Assembly (NCBI RefSeq): GCF_018977255.1
Contig: NW_024704742.1
Location: 100,938,001 to 101,002,000, forward strand
Source: Callorhinchus milii
Lineage: Eukaryota
Length of the DNA: 64,000 bases
Direction of reading: 5' to 3'
Positions 12,536-26,479 of the stretch are shown here, piece after piece (positions within the stretch are counted from its first letter, which is position 1; each line of letters opens with the position of its first letter). Under the pieces are notes generated by a model. The model was not told the origin of the DNA. It did no database searches and saw only the letters and a list, made by a program, of their open reading frames with translations. Made by a program: the position numbers and the translations under genes.

Positions 12536-14100
12536 GGAGGGATGAGATCAAATCGGCTGAAGGGCCTTTTTCATCCAAACCAATCTTGTGATCTTGTGAA
12601 GGTTTGTGGCAGATGCACAAGTTTATTTCTTTCCGAATTCATAGCCATTTTCCAGCTAAACACAATCACTTTGGTAACCGGACAGGAGAAGTGGAGAAGA
12701 AGAGGTGATGGAGGGAAAAAGAGAGAAACAGAATTTGATTAGAATTCCTAGCCTTCTGTCCTGATTACATCTTCAGTGTGTTTGCTGATGTCTCCCGAGG
12801 TGTATAAGGATCTATGTAACTCATTGATGAGGAGGGCCACATCCAGAATATTCTGTGCAATTTTGTGCAGTTTATCTTCAAAAGAGCATGGATGGATTAA
12901 AGAGAGTCTTGAGAGAAGTGACAAAGATAATTTAGGATTTAGAACTCCACTTTATAAAGAATGACTCACACGGTTGAACTTGTTTCCCTAGCAGAATGTA
13001 AGTTATTGTAGCAATATCATCCACATCTTTAAATCTGCTGAAAGGCATGACTAATGTACTTGACAGCAGATTATTTAATGTGAACTATCATTGCAAAACT
13101 TGTGGACATAATTATAAACTGGTGCTGCTCAGGCAGGACTATTCTCGAAAAGCGAATATTGAGAAATGACATGATGGCTTTCCTAAAAATTCTGAAGGGG
13201 GTAGACAATATAAATCAGGATAGGCTGTTTCAACTTGTCCAGAACCAGAGGACGTGGGCTGCGATTGAAAGGGGGTAAATTCAGAACAAATCTACGCAAA
13301 CACCATTTCAGTGAGTGAATAGTGAACCTGTGAAAGAAGCTCCCTAGGGAGATGGTTGAAGCAGGAAGTGTTGATTCTTTCAGAACAGATTAGGTAGGTG
13401 TTTTAGGAAATCACATCGTGGGATACAATACATAGGTAGTTCGGGACATATGTGCATGCGACTACCTGGAAGATGGAAGGCGAACTAGATGGACCTTGGG
13501 ACGTCCTCCCGACGTGAAAGGCGCTATACAAATGTAATCTTGTTGTTGTTGCTCTTTTTTCATTTAGCATTTATTATGTTCTTAAGCTCTTAAAACTAGA
13601 GAGTAGAAGAAGGAGTTTTCTGCACAGTAGATATGCAAAATAGATTCCGAATCAAAATCATTAAAACTTGTGTCACTTAAAGGGGAAATAAGATCTAGGG
13701 CACCTACTTTCGGTTCAAAGTGACTCCAGCTATAGAAGAAAATAATAGAGCTATAAAAATATACCATTTGTAGTGAGTTAATCCTTGAATCTCAGGACAA
13801 TGATTTCACAAGCTAAAGCTCTTCAGTTCTTGAGAGAAGCCAAATCAGAGGGGACCTGAGGGAAAATAAGATTTTGAATCAGATTGAAAAAGTAATCCCA
13901 GACCAATACTTTAGAATCAAACAGGACAGTAGAACAAGAGGATATGGTTTAGAATTGTTAAGGGCAATTTCAGGACAGACACAAGAGATAATTTCTTAAC
14001 TCAGAGGGTGATTAACAACTGGAAAGTTAGAGTGGGTATTCTGAAGGGATGAGATTGAATGGGCTAAAGGGCTTTCTTCATCCAAGCCAATCTTGCAATC
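12536..14100 (+). mobile_element. Cluster of old CR1 fragments, with an L2 tail inserted at ~13495-13551
   Basis: CR1 3' UTR motifs (GGCTGAAGGGCCTTTTTCATCC, GGCGAACTAGATGGACC, GGGCTAAAGGGCTTTCTTCATCC) and degenerate RT C-terminal sequence; includes some unassigned sequence. Confidence 0.65.
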
Positions 14101-14286
14101 TGGTGTTGTCTCCTCCCCTGCTAGATGTTCCTTTCACTGATGAGCAGGAACTTTATACTTTCTTTATTCTTGCCAAATTTTCTCTATTGCCATCTTAGGT
14201 ACAATAATAATTAATAATAATGATTGTCCTTGCTATATCATATCTCACTTATAACATTAAAATGTCTCAACACGTCTTACAGCGTT

Positions 14287-14868
14287 GGCTCAACTATGCA
14301 AACTCCTGGCTTGTCAGCCTCCCCAACTCCTCCCTCCACAGGCTGCAGATCATCCTGAACTCTGCAGCCCATGTCCTCTTCCGCACAAGGCTCCATGACC
14401 CTATCACCACCATCCTCACCCGACTCCACCGACTTCCCATCACACAGAGGATACAGTTCAAGATCCTGGTCCTCACCTTCAAAGCCCTCCACGGTCTTGC
14501 TCCCCCTACCTCTGAGACCTCCTAACCCTTTACCATCTTATTCACTCTCTCCGCTCAACGGGCTCTGGCCTGCTTCACGTCCCCTGCCTCGCTCACCCCA
14601 CCATTGGCGGGCGGACCTTCTGCTAATCTGCCCCCACACGCTGGAACCCCATCCCACAGTCCCACCTCCTCGTCCCCTCCCTTGCCACATTCAAGACCAA
14701 TCTCAAGACCCTCCTCTACGAATCTGATTTCAATCTCCCTGCTTCCCCTGCTGCCCTCCACCATCCCCCACCCCAACCCCTAGCTCGGGTCTATAACTCT
14801 GTCCAGCACCTTGGGATGTCCTCCCGACGTGAAAGGCACTTTACAAATGTAATTTTGTTGTTGTTGTT
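14287..14868 (+). mobile_element. L2 subfamily 1, 3' fragment
   Basis: 'LNYANSWLVSLPNSSLHRLQIILNSAAHVL..RIQFKILVLTFKALHGLAPP'; (TTG)n tail. Confidence 0.92.
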
Positions 14869-14906
14869 ATAGCGATTACTGTTAAGTGTTGTGATTGTAT
14901 TTATAG

Positions 14907-17319
14907 CCCTCAACCATTCTCTACTGCCCTTGGAAAAGGCTACCGCCTGAGACCCTCACAAAAGCTCTCACGTCATCAAATATCCTATTCCTCTGGCCTT
15001 CCACCCACGGAGATCCTGAAACAGCCGTCCAGCTGCTCCATGATCACCTCTCCTTCACCTTCAACTTCCTCGTCCCCCTGAAATCCAGGACCATCTCCAA
15101 ACCCACCCGATCCCCCCGGTACAACAACCATCTCCGCTTCCTAAAAACCCAAACCCGACAGTTCACCGCCAATTGTGGTTCGAGCATCTCCACAGCCACC
15201 GCCATTCTTTGACATGCGACAAAACAGCCTTCTACTCCAACATCATCTTGGAGGTTAAACACAACCCTAAAATCCCTTTTTCCACCACCGACTACCTCCT
15301 CCGTGCCACCCCTCAGACCTCCTCAATCTTTGTATCAAATACCAAGTGCGAGGAGGTCATGGACTTCTTTTCATCTGAAATAAACAACATCGGCCAGGCA
15401 GCCTCATCGACCTCCCTCTTGTCACCCACCACCACCCCCTTTCTGTCCCCCTCACCCTCCCCAACATCTGCTCCTACCACCACCGCCATCCTAATTCCTT
15501 CCTCCCCATTTCTCCCTCCTCCCTCTCACCTACCATCACCTCCTTGAAACCTACCAACTGCTGCCTCAGCAACAACAACAACAACAACATTGCATTTATA
15601 GAGCGCCTTTCACGTCGGGAGGATGTCCCAAGGCGCTGGACAGTTGGGTCGGGCCCTGAGCAGGAGGGAAATGGTGAAGGGAGGGAGGGAGCGAGGAGGG
15701 GATAGAGAGTCGAGAGGGCCTCGACCCCCTCCCCACCAATTTGCTGGTCACACAGCTCCCCCTCCTCTGCTCACTACTGGCTGATGACATCAACCAGTCC
15801 CTCTCCTCCGGATCAGTCCCTGCCCCCCTCAAAACTGCTATCATCACCCCCCTCCTCAAAAAACCCTCCTTAGATCCCTCAAACCCCGGCCACTACCGCC
15901 TTATTTCTAACCTGCCCTTCCTTGCAAAAGTTCTAGAACACATTGTTGCCAACCAACTCCGCACACACCTCTCCTCCCACTCCCTCTTCGAACCCCTCCA
16001 GTCTGGTTTCCGCTCTGCCCACAGTACAGAGACTGCGCTTGTGAAAGTCACAAATGACATCCTCTCTATCTGTACCAGGGCTCCCTCTGTCTCGTTGTCC
16101 TCCTGGCCCTCTCCGCCACGTTCGACACAGTCGATCACGCCATCCTCCTCCACCGCCTTTCCTCCATTATTCACCTCAGTGGGACCGCACTCGCCTGGTT
16201 CGAGTCATACCTCACAAACCACCAGCAGTACATCTGCACAAACGGCTTCTCTTCCCGCTCTCACCCGGTCACCTGTGGGGTACCCCAAGGATCCATCCTT
16301 GGCCCCCTCCTCTTTCTGATCTACATGCTCCCTCTTGGGTATCTCATCTGCAGACATGGGGTACATTTTCACAGGTATGCAGACGACACCCAACTCTATT
16401 TTTCCACCTCTCTTTGCAACCCCCAGTCCCCTGATATTCTGTCAGCCTGCCTGTCAGATCTCAGGGGCTGGAGAAGCGCAAACTTCTTTCAGCTGAACGT
16501 TGACAAGACGGAAGCCATACTCTTTGGCTCTTGTCAATGTCTAAAATCTCACGGCTCTCACCTCCTCCACCTACCCGACCTCCCCCTAAAACTCTCCGAA
16601 CCCGTACGCAACCTAGGCATCAGGTTCGCCCCCAATTATCCTTTGTGCCCCACATCCGGTCCCTCACCAGCACTGCCTTCTTCGAACTCCGAAGCATTGC
16701 CCGTCTCTGCCAATACCTCTCTCCGAAAGCTGCTGAAACCCTGTTTCATGCCTTTGTCACCTCTCGGCTGGACGACTTGAACACCCTCCTCGCCGATCTC
16801 CCATCCACTACCATCCATAAAATCCAGATTATTCAAAACTCTGCCGCCCGCATTCTCACCCGCATCAAACTCCACTCCCCGATCACTCCAGTCCTTGCCA
16901 GACTGCATTGTCCCAGAGAGGATCGACTTCAAGATCCTCACCCTTGTCTTCAAATCCCACCACTTCTCTGCATCCCCCTACCTCTCTGACCTCTCTCCTC
17001 AAAATTGTACCCGTTCCCTAGGTTCCTCGGGTTCTGGCCTCCTCCTTGTCCCCCGAGTTCTCCGCTCCACCCTCGGCATCCGTGCCTTCAGCCACTATGC
17101 CCCGAGGCTCTGGAACTGCCTTTTTCACTCCCTTCACCTCGCTCTCTCTCTTCCTATTTTCAGGTCTCTGCTGAAGACCTTGCTTTTCGACTGCCCCTTT
17201 GGTCACCTTCCTCCCCCTCCCGATGGCTCAGCTCTGGGATCCATTACTGTGAAGCGCTCTGAGATGCCGTTCGGTGTGGACGGCTCTGTATAAATCCAAG
17301 TTGTTGATGTTGTTGTTGT
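14907..17319 (+). mobile_element. L2 subfamily 2, 5'-truncated, decayed RT ORF
   Basis: '[18 protein letters not shown]', '[22 protein letters not shown]', 'YADDTQLYFS'; frameshifts; (TTG)n tail. Confidence 0.93.
15568..15717 (-). mobile_element. L2 subfamily 1 3' end nested antisense in the subfamily 2 L2
   Basis: (AAC)n tail plus the stem-loop tail; GCCTC present on both sides (15563-15567, 15718-15722). Confidence 0.85.
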
Positions 17320-17379
17320 AATCGAGCCTCGGAAACAATTTGCCTAGAGCAGTGACCCCAAAAACTTAGGACATGACCA

Positions 17380-17640
17380 TGACTGACCAATTTACCTGGA
17401 GGATTGTTGCCCAGGACCTCAGGAGAAACTTGGGTTTCTCACTATTGATTATTTAACATCCACTTGAACAAGCAAACAGGACCTCAGTTTAATGTCTTAC
17501 CTAAGTGATCTCTGACAATGTGGTGCTCCCTTCAGCCCTGCATTGTGGTGTCAGCCTGGACAAACAAAATCCCTAAAGTGTGACTTGAACCCAGAACTTT
17601 CAGACCCAATGAGATTTCTACTGACGGTGCCAAGATGAGG
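17380..17640 (-). mobile_element. Old Deu/SacSINE1-like SINE
   Basis: TTTAACATCCACTTGAAC...CTCAGTTTAATGTC...CTCTGACAATG...GTGTCAGCCT...GACTTGAACCC, the reverse Deu body and B box. Confidence 0.7.
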
Positions 17641-17814
17641 CTATCACTTTTACTGGCATCAAGAAAAATCTTGGTATATTAGCTAGGAGGGTTACAGGAA
17701 ACATCAGATTGCTCCATCAAGCCAATATTCCTGACAAAGTTCTTTCTTGTCATTTTTCTCCTTTGCTGAATGGGTTTGATTCCTTTTTTTTAACTCTTTA
17801 CTGGGATATGATTC

Positions 17815-18295
17815 AACAACAACTCACATTTATATTGGGTCCTTTATCTGGGTAGCATCTCAGAACACTTAATAGTGCGATAGTTTGACACCAAGGTGGA
17901 GAGACAGGGGCGGTGACCATAGGCACGTTCAAAGAGGAAAGTCTTCAGGTGTGGTCTGAAGTCAGACAAAGAGGGGGTAAGAAAGAAGGATTGACACAGG
18001 GAGTTCTGGAGGGTTGGGCATAATGGTTAAAAGCACGGCCAGCGATGGTGCAAAGGAGGGATCGAGGGACATGGAGAAGGCAGAGCCAGTTGAGCAAAGG
18101 GGGCAGGTAGGGGAGTGACATGTGAGCAGGTTGAAGAAGTAAGGAGGTGCCAGGGCATGAAATGATTTGTACGTGAGTGTAATGATCTGACATTTAATCC
18201 ATTTTGAACAGGGAGCCAGTGGAACCTGCAAGGACTGGGCTTATGGGGATGCGGTGTTCAGTGCGGATGAGAATATAGGCTGCTGACTTTGGAAT
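17815..18295 (-). mobile_element. Old L2 3' fragment
   Basis: (AAC)n start; 'LTYKSFHALAPPY' and 'IAGRAFNHYA' on the minus strand. Confidence 0.8.
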
Positions 18296-19775
18296 TAATT
18301 GGACTTTGTGAATGATAGAGCTGGAGCCTCTGGTACCACACCAAAATAGCTATTATTCATATGTAAATTGTGACAGTGAGTGTGAGTGGGCTGTGCATTT
18401 GTGGGAGCACAATTGCCAATTGACATTGACAGTTTTCCAGAACAGATAAAATCCATGATATGAGGACTCAGTCCCATCAGGGGAATGTCTTCATGGGAAG
18501 CTATGATGTTTTTCATCTCTATATACTTCAACTCCATATACTGAAATGTGCAAAATAAATGGGTACTACAAAAAGTGGTACTAAAAAAAAAACGAATGAT
18601 CTGTTATTAGTAGCACCTACAATGTTCTCAGTTAGAGATTCAATTTGACTTATCTAATCTCCTATGAGAGAGTTGGATATCATTCTATATTCACTATGAT
18701 TCTTGGGATCAAGCAGTTTTGTACCATCTCCCTGGTCAAAGGTGGCTGTCCAGACCCCCTGTGCTGAAACCACCTTGTGAAACACACTGATATTACCCAC
18801 ATCAGTGTAAATCCAATAAGTGCAATTGGATTCAGTGTCTTCATCAAAAGTTCCTTTAACTTATTTAACTTACAGACTGGTGTTAAAATTAAAAAAAACA
18901 ATATTGGATTTCTGTGCATATGCTTAGTAACAAATGTGAAGAACTCTCCTGGGTGGGTGTGATGAGAGCAAAAACACACACAGTAGCAGGCTTCCTGCTG
19001 CATATGACTCCACTACTGGAAGCAATATCACTTCTCTTCCAACATCATAATATGTGAAATGATTGAAAGATCTGCATGAGTGACCAAAATACATAGTCAA
19101 TGCACTTTACAATATGTCCTGTGAAGCACTTTGAGACACCTTGATGACGTGGTAAGCCTCTATACTGAATGTAAGGATTATTATTCTTACATTTCTTGAG
19201 ATATCAGTGACAAGTGGCTTAAAATTCAATGCTAAAATTGGGAGAGGGTGTAATGCTGGATTCCTGGTTGGATGAGAATAAGTAAGTAAAGACAATGCAG
19301 GAACCAGTTAATCACAATGAGCAGCAGACCACGAGCGGAGAAAACACAATGGAAGCAGCAGGAATGACTGGATAGAGGTAATCAAAGGGCATATTACGAA
19401 GTGAGGGTTTGGCAGAAGGGAATTAATAGTGTGATATAAAGACAGTGAGATATAAGTAATGATAAAATTAATTGGGTTGTTTATTTTCTAGCACCATCGG
19501 TAAAGGGGGAGAAAATTGCACTTGTGATATGTTAACTATTTCTCATATCATTTGTAAAAACAGTCAACGAGTCTAGTCGGTAACTGAAATAAGATATACA
19601 TGAGGAAGAGCCATGAGATAGTGGAGTATTTTGCAAAGATACGAGACAGGACAGTATTGCTATTGATAAGGGCTGACTTTGAACGATAGACACAATTTCT
19701 ATACAACAGTAGAAAGGGAGAGGTATCAGAAACAAGCTTGGTAATAAGCTGGTAATAATAGCAAATCAAAATAGT

Positions 19776-21868
19776 AACAACAACTTGGACTTATATAGTG
19801 CCCTCCAAGTAGGGTAGCGTCTCAGAGCACTTAACAGTGGCAGAGCCTGACTCTGAGCAGAGGGGGCAAGGTGGAGGGATTGAGGGAGAGTGTTCCAGAG
19901 TTTTGGGCATAGTGATTGAAAGTTTAACCTCCAATCGTGGAGTGGAATGCGTGAGGGACAAGCAGGAGGCCGGTGGAAGTCGAGTGGCGACGCCGGGTGC
20001 TGGGTTGGGGCATGAGGAGGTTGGAGAGGTAGGTGGATGCTGGGGAGTGAATGGTTTTGAACATGAGTGTGAGGATCTTCAAGTCAATCCATTTAGTGAT
20101 AGGGAACCAGTGGAGCCTGGCCACAACTGATAAGGTGGGGTTACAGAGTTTGGTCCAGGTAAGTATGTGGGCAGCAGAGTTCTGAATGAGCTGGATTTTT
20201 TGAATAATGGAGCCGCGGAAACCAGCGAGGAGTGCGTTTGAGTAATCCAGGCAGAAGGTGACAAACGCATGCACGAGGGTTTCGGCTGCATTTGGGGTAA
20301 ATTACTGTCGGAGGCGGGCAATGTGGCGGAGGTGGAGGAAGGTGATCCTGGTCAGAGACTGGATGTGGGGGAGGAAGGACAGCTGGGTTTTGAACCAGGT
20401 GCCTAGATTGCGCACTGGTTCAGTGAGTCGAAGAGAGAGAGGGAGGGAGGTTGACAAGTTTAGATCCACAGGAGTGAAAATGTTGACAGGAACCAAAGAG
20501 TATGGCTTCCCTCTTGTCCACATTCAGTTGCAGGAAGTTTGCACTCATCCAGGCCTTGTTGTCTGCCAGACAAGCTGATAGAATATTGGCGGACCTGGAG
20601 TCGATGCTGGAGAAGGCAAAGTAAATATGTGTGTCATCTGAATGTATGTGGAAGGTTACCCCGTGTCTGCGGATGACATTGCCAAGAGGGAACATATAGA
20701 TGAGGAAAAGAAGGGGACTAAGGATAGAGTCTTGGGTACCCCACAGTTGACCGGGTGGGGGTGGGAGGAGAAACCATTTCCCGAGATGAAGTGGAGCTGG
20801 TTGGTTAAGTAGGACTCGAACCACGTGAGTACAGTTCCACTAAGGTGGATGAGGGAGGAGAGGCGATGGAGAAGGATGGCGTGGTTGACTGTGTCGGATG
20901 CAGTAGAGAGGTCCAGGAGGATGAGGAGGCAGAGGGAGCCCTGGTTACAGATAGAGAGGACGTCATTTGTGACTTTGACAAGCGCTGTCTCTGTTCTGTG
21001 GGTGAAAACCAGACTGCAGGGGCTCGAGGAGGGAGTGGAGGGAGAGGTGTGACCGAAGTTGACCTGCAACAATGCATTCCAGGACTTTGGCAAGGAAGGG
21101 TAGGTTGGAGATGGGACAGTAATATGAGAAATTAGAGAGATCGAGGGTGGAATTTTTGAGGAGGGGTGTGATAACAACAGTTTTCAGGGGGAGTGGAACA
21201 GAGCTTAAGGAGAGAGACTGGTTGTCCGTGTCAGCCAGCAGTGGGGTGAGGAGTGGGAGTTGAGTGACCAGCAGGTGGGTGGGGAGTGGATCAAGGTGGC
21301 AGGTGATGAACTTCATGTGGGTGCTTGTGGTTGAGAGGGAGGATAGAGAAATGGGGCAAAGGAGTGTAAGGAGTGGGGATTAGCAGGAGCCATGGTGGAG
21401 GGTGAAGGCAGTGTGGATGGTTTGGGTGGGGTGGAAGGGGAAATGGGGACTGGGCACGAGGATGCAGAGAAGTGGATGTTTTCAATCTTTTAGCCACAGA
21501 TGGTGGTGAATCGTGAGGCCAGATTTCTGCCATCTGTGCTCGAGCATCCGGGTTTGGATTTTAAGTGAGTGGAGATGAGTGGGTGGATTTGGAAACAGCC
21601 CTGGATTCCAGGGGAGCCAAGGAATTGAAGGTTGCGGAGAGACAGTCATTTATCAGCTTTATGGCTGCATCAGGATCGCTTCGGGTGTAGGGTCAGAGTG
21701 AGAGGAGGTCTGAGGAAGAGAGGGCATTTGTGAGGGACTCAGGGGGAGCTTTTTCCAGGGGCCAAAAAATGGTGGCGGCTTGGAAGAGGGGAGAGGAATG
21801 CGGGCCGAGAGGGAGATGAGGAAGCGGTCTGAGATGGCCTTGTCCGTGATGAATAGGTCGGAAATATC
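19776..21868 (-). mobile_element. L2 LINE (subfamily 2-like), decayed RT plus the end of the APE domain
   Basis: '[15 protein letters not shown]', 'HSDDTHIYF', '[13 protein letters not shown]', 'LLILLDLSTASDTVNH', 'AISDRFLIS'. Confidence 0.92.
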
Positions 21869-21872
21869 AAAT

Positions 21873-22040
21873 AATCCACGACTGTTTGTGGACACAGCTG
21901 TGCGCAATTGGCTGCCGTGTTTTGCCCACAAATATAAGGTCAATTCACTTTACAGTCTATTCTGTGAAGCGCTTTGAGACGTCAAGAAGACATGAAAAGC
22001 ACTATATCAAATGCAACGATTATTAGATTATTATAATAAT
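21873..22040 (+). mobile_element. 5'-truncated tRNA-Ala SINE
   Basis: GACTGTTTGTGGACAC...GCGCAATTGGCTGCC...(ATT)n; further partial SINE and Deu-SINE copies follow on the minus strand to ~22850. Confidence 0.85.
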
Positions 22041-22899
22041 TAGGAACTTAGCAACTACCAGCTCAGTATTCGTGAAAGATGTGAGAGTGGTCTTACATTT
22101 GAAATAGCCTTTAGCAGTCTATGATAAAGGTCTGTAATAATAATAATAATTCTTGCATTTGAAACAATGCCTTATCACGTTGGTAAAATGTCTCAAAGTG
22201 CTTCACAGGATTCAATGCAATTATAATAATAATCTTTTTATTTGGTCTAACATCTTATCACATCATTGAGTCATCTTGAAGTGCTTCACAGTATACACTG
22301 TAAAAAGAATTGACTGTATTTTGTGGGCAAAATGTGGCAGCCGATGGCACGCAGCAATGTCGCATAAATAGCCATGGAATGACTGAACATTTTTTGGGAG
22401 GTGTGGGGAGATTGTTGGCTAGGAATAGCATCATGGAATCTTTAAAATCCACCTGAACAGCCAGATGGGACCTTAGATTAATGAAGTGTAGTGAGTGGTA
22501 TTTGTAGGTGAATGAAACAGCTATTTTTGTACAGCAATGTACCATGAATTGAATGATCAATATTTTATCTGGAGAATTGTTGACCTGGGGAGCAGGAGGA
22601 ACTCCCTTTGCTTTTCAAAATGTCATAAAGTTTTTTTAAAGTCTACCTGAACAGGCAGAAGGAACTCTGAGTTTAACCTCTGTTTAAAGTCTTATTCGAA
22701 GGGTGAGATCTCTGACAATGCTCAGCCATCACTGCACTGAAGTGCTAGCCTAGGTTAGGAACTCAAAATCCCAATATGGGTTTTGAACCTTCAACCTTCT
22801 AACTCAAATGCGAGGATGGTACCAAACTGACCCAGGTGAACACCTGCAGTCTTCAGTAACTTGCAAATTATTTAATCTTTGGGTTTTGTCATTATCTTA

Positions 22900-23445
22900 G
22901 AATAAGACTATCTTGTCAGCAGGACTTGGAGGGACAGACCAGTTCCTGGGCCCATGGATTCTTCACACTCAGCTCCTGTTAACTCCGAAAGCCAAAGCCC
23001 CAAAAGATAGGGTTGTTTCAGCTGGACAGAAGGAATCTCACCAGACAGTGCTCATTACGGCAACTTGCACAGTTTTACTTGGTTAATCTCCAGTAGCATC
23101 CCCAAGACACACTCTGGGTTTGCTTTTGCTAACCACATAAGAATATAAGAACATAAGAATTGCTAGTCAAAACAAGACTAAGGTCCTTCCAGCTCGCCTT
23201 CCACCATCCTGGCAGTCGCATGCACATGTTATGTCCCAAGCTATATACTGCGTCCCATGATAATAAGAACAAACACCTAACACTTTTTGGAATAAGCCAA
23301 CCAGAGTGTGTCCTTCCAAAGATGTACATTCTATTGTAGATATAGGGAAATTTCCATTCATATGTGCAAATCTCAATTTGGTTTGGATACTCTTAAGCAA
23401 GGCGTTGGGTTTCCGCATGTGTCACACACTTGGCTGACCAAAAAC
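22900..23445 (-). repeat. Family X copy, interrupted by a CR1 3' tail (~23135-23250)
   Basis: Core reverse complement GATTCTTCACACTCAGCTCCTGTTAAC within 22953-22985; terminal GGGTTTCCGCATGTGTCACACACTTGGCTGACC; CR1 tail (ACATAAGA)n. Confidence 0.7.
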
Positions 23446-23584
23446 AAACCCTGAGGACAGTTAATTTGATGGAGATGTTAAATATTGAACTTGGGATTTT
23501 CCTGCTGCATATAGCTTAACATTGAGCATCAGTGGAGTTCAAGTCTTTTGAATTGTGAGCAGTTTTGTATAATGAATTCACACA

Positions 23585-23705
23585 CCAAGAACTGGATAAA
23601 GACTGCACACTGATTGCCTTATGAATTTCATAGGTGGCAGAGAGAGAAAGCTTTTACCATCTGTTCAGTTTGGATTTGAGCTGCAGTCCCAAAGGTGAGG
23701 GGATT
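23585..23705 (-). mobile_element. LF-SINE-like 5' fragment
   Basis: AGAACTGGA..AGAC...TGGATTTGAGC...CCCAAAGGTGAGG resembles the reverse complement of the LF-SINE head, compared with the consensus from memory. Confidence 0.4.
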
Positions 23706-24242
23706 GTTAATGTTGTAATATGGGATCTGGAAATGCATGGTAATGCATAACAGGACCAGCAGTATTAACAATTTAATTTTCACATTGGCTTACATGAACC
23801 TTCTCTGCCTCTTATGAATTCTAATACTACTGCAGGTTAGAATAGAAACTTTTAAACAGGATTTGATTCTGTCAAAATTGCTATTAAGGGAGTTCAATTT
23901 CAAATCATTTTAACATATTCTTTCATGGATTACATTTGTTAAAGTAGCTGAAAATAATTTTCATCGTAAGAACTGAAATGTAAAATCCCCTGCTGCAAAG
24001 CTATGAATATTTTGACAAATAGAATAGCAACCATAAATGAAACTCTGCAAAAAGAAACTCAAAGATTTCTCAACATGAAAATGTATCCCCAAGGCTTAAT
24101 CTCTTTCAGCCTAACACAGTTGGTAGCACTTTCATCTCTGAATCAGAGAGTTGTGGTTTTAAGCCCCATGTTGGGTTTTGGAACTCATCCAATGAGTGCA
24201 ACACTCCAATGCAGGCTTGAATCCACAACTCTTGACTAGGGC

Positions 24243-24560
24243 AAGGCTTCTTCTCACTCAGCTCATGATAACCCTATAAATTAAAGCTCTAATGGGTAGG
24301 GTTGTTGCAGCTGAACAAGCAGTCGGAAGTTACCAGACAGTAATTTCAATGGTAAGCTTTTAGATGGTTAAACTCCAGCAATACCTGAACACGCACTCTG
24401 GAGTTCCAAAGCCTTGGATCTGGCCACTCTATGCCCAATAATCCCTGGAATTAGGTAAACATCCTGGATAGAGAATATGTATTATCATTTCATACACAAG
24501 AAAATGTCCTTGATGCATGGTGATGGGTTTTCACAAGCGTCACACACCTGGCTGACCAAA
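24243..24560 (-). repeat. Family X copy
   Basis: CTTCTCACTCAGCTCATGATAACCC core and GGTGATGGGTTTTCACAAGCGTCACACACCTGGCTGACC end. Confidence 0.7.
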
Positions 24561-24719
24561 AATAAATGAAGAAAACCCTTACATTATCTAGCAAACTTTG
24601 AAGACTTGAGGCTAGCAGTTGTGACTGCCATTCACAAGCCTCTATTGTTCACCTTACTCTGCACCATCATTGCTTGTTATGCTCCAATTCAATGTCTGAC
24701 GCTACAAATCAGATACCAT

Positions 24720-24915
24720 ACAATACAAAATTAAATTTGAAAAGCGCCTTTCACGTCGGGAGGATGTCCCAAGGCGCTGAACGATCAGGGGTTAGGACCC
24801 ACGTGGGGAGTTGGTGGAAGTTGGGATCAGGGAGGGTGGAAGGCAGAAGGCCCGACCGCTGATGGTGGGGTAGGCCGGGCGGGGGACATGAAGCAGGCTG
24901 GAGCCTGCTGAGTGA
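24720..24915 (-). mobile_element. L2 subfamily 1 3' fragment
   Basis: AGCGCCTTTCACGTCGGGAGGATGTCCCAAGGCGCTG tail with adjoining ORF2 end and an internal deletion. Confidence 0.8.
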
Positions 24916-26479
24916 AGCGGAGATTTATTAGTACATCACAGTAATTGATGGACTCCCATCAAAGAGTTAGGATCTCAACCCTCCTTGGTTGTCGAAAAGT
25001 AACTTGGAGAGTGCAAGGGGTAGAAATCTAAATGGGAATAAAGTGAAATTGCTGATCTGATCATCCCATGAACATTACAGTGGATATGGAATTCATTTTG
25101 TGAACAAAGGGACTGATGACATATGTTTTCTTATGAATTCACTTTCATACAGAATAATACCTTTTTGTCATATGCCACCTGAGTCTTACTTGAATTCGTG
25201 TCCTTTGACTCCTCTGTGGTTCTTGACACAAATTAAAAATAGTTCTGAAGTTTCCATCTGAGAACAAATCAATCTTTAAACTTATAATTGACTGGGATAG
25301 TTAAAAAGAAATTAGATAAAGACATGCAGAGTATTAGAAAGAGCAGGGATTATAATAGATTGCTTCAATAGAGGAGCAAACGTTGACACTAATACAGTGG
25401 GACAAATTGCTCCTTTGTCATGGTTTCTATGGGTCTTTGGTTCCCGATTTATCTGATTTTTTATAATGATGGTTTAAGAAAAAGCCATCCAATGTGTTTC
25501 AGGATTTTCAATGCTTCTGAAATTTATTTTCACAAAATGTACGTTTATCTGATTTAGTTTAAAAACAAATCTCCTGAATTAAATGTCAAAGTTTACTGTC
25601 AATAGCAGCTAAATCTCTAACACAGTTTATCAGTTTATCAGCAATCTACAAGATAGATTGAAATTACATTTTGAACAATATTGTGAAACAGTGAGAAATG
25701 AAAATGAATGGTAATAAATGGAAGCCCTTTTTGCTCCTCCACAGCAGTAGGATTTTATTCTGGTTCTTAGTATCTTTGAATATTTATGAAGAAAATCAAT
25801 GGCTGTGGGTTTCAATTCCTATGGAAAAGTCAGATATGAAAAGGCTGAAAAGGGCAGTTATGCCAAACCTAAAATGAATGCAGGGATGAATGTGATTGAT
25901 CTTGAAACTCAAAAGTTGAATTAAAATTGTTTGGTTATATAAACCTTTATTAATTGGCTTTATGAAAGTATAAGTGGTCAGAAGTTTTTATTAAGCTCTA
26001 ATCTTATTGTGGAAACTTTGCCAATCAATTTATTTCACTTTCTATCCAATGCCAAGTTGGCAATGAACTCACCAAAAATCAACTAATGTGCTATTGCCTC
26101 TGAGTAAAGATGTCCCATGATACCAGCTGGAAAGTTATTACAGCTTGCTGTTTCCTCTGGGCCAATGAGAATGAATTCAGTATCGATAGTTAGTATCCAT
26201 ATTAATCTGTGAACTAAGCATCAAATTCCACAGTAATCAAAGGATTCTTGCATCTGATTTCTCTAATGATCTAGGGACCTACATGTCTGAGTATTTGACC
26301 TCCATGGTGGCAATATCCATTGTGTAGGATAACTGAGTCTGAATGTTGATCAAGCCTGAGATTGGACATTACAACTGAGTTATAGTTACCAAAGTTTACT
26401 GTCCTTGACTGTCCAGTGGTATGTCCCCCTGTTTTGTGCTCAGAATAATAGTTTCTCACTGCAATTATAATTACAGATC

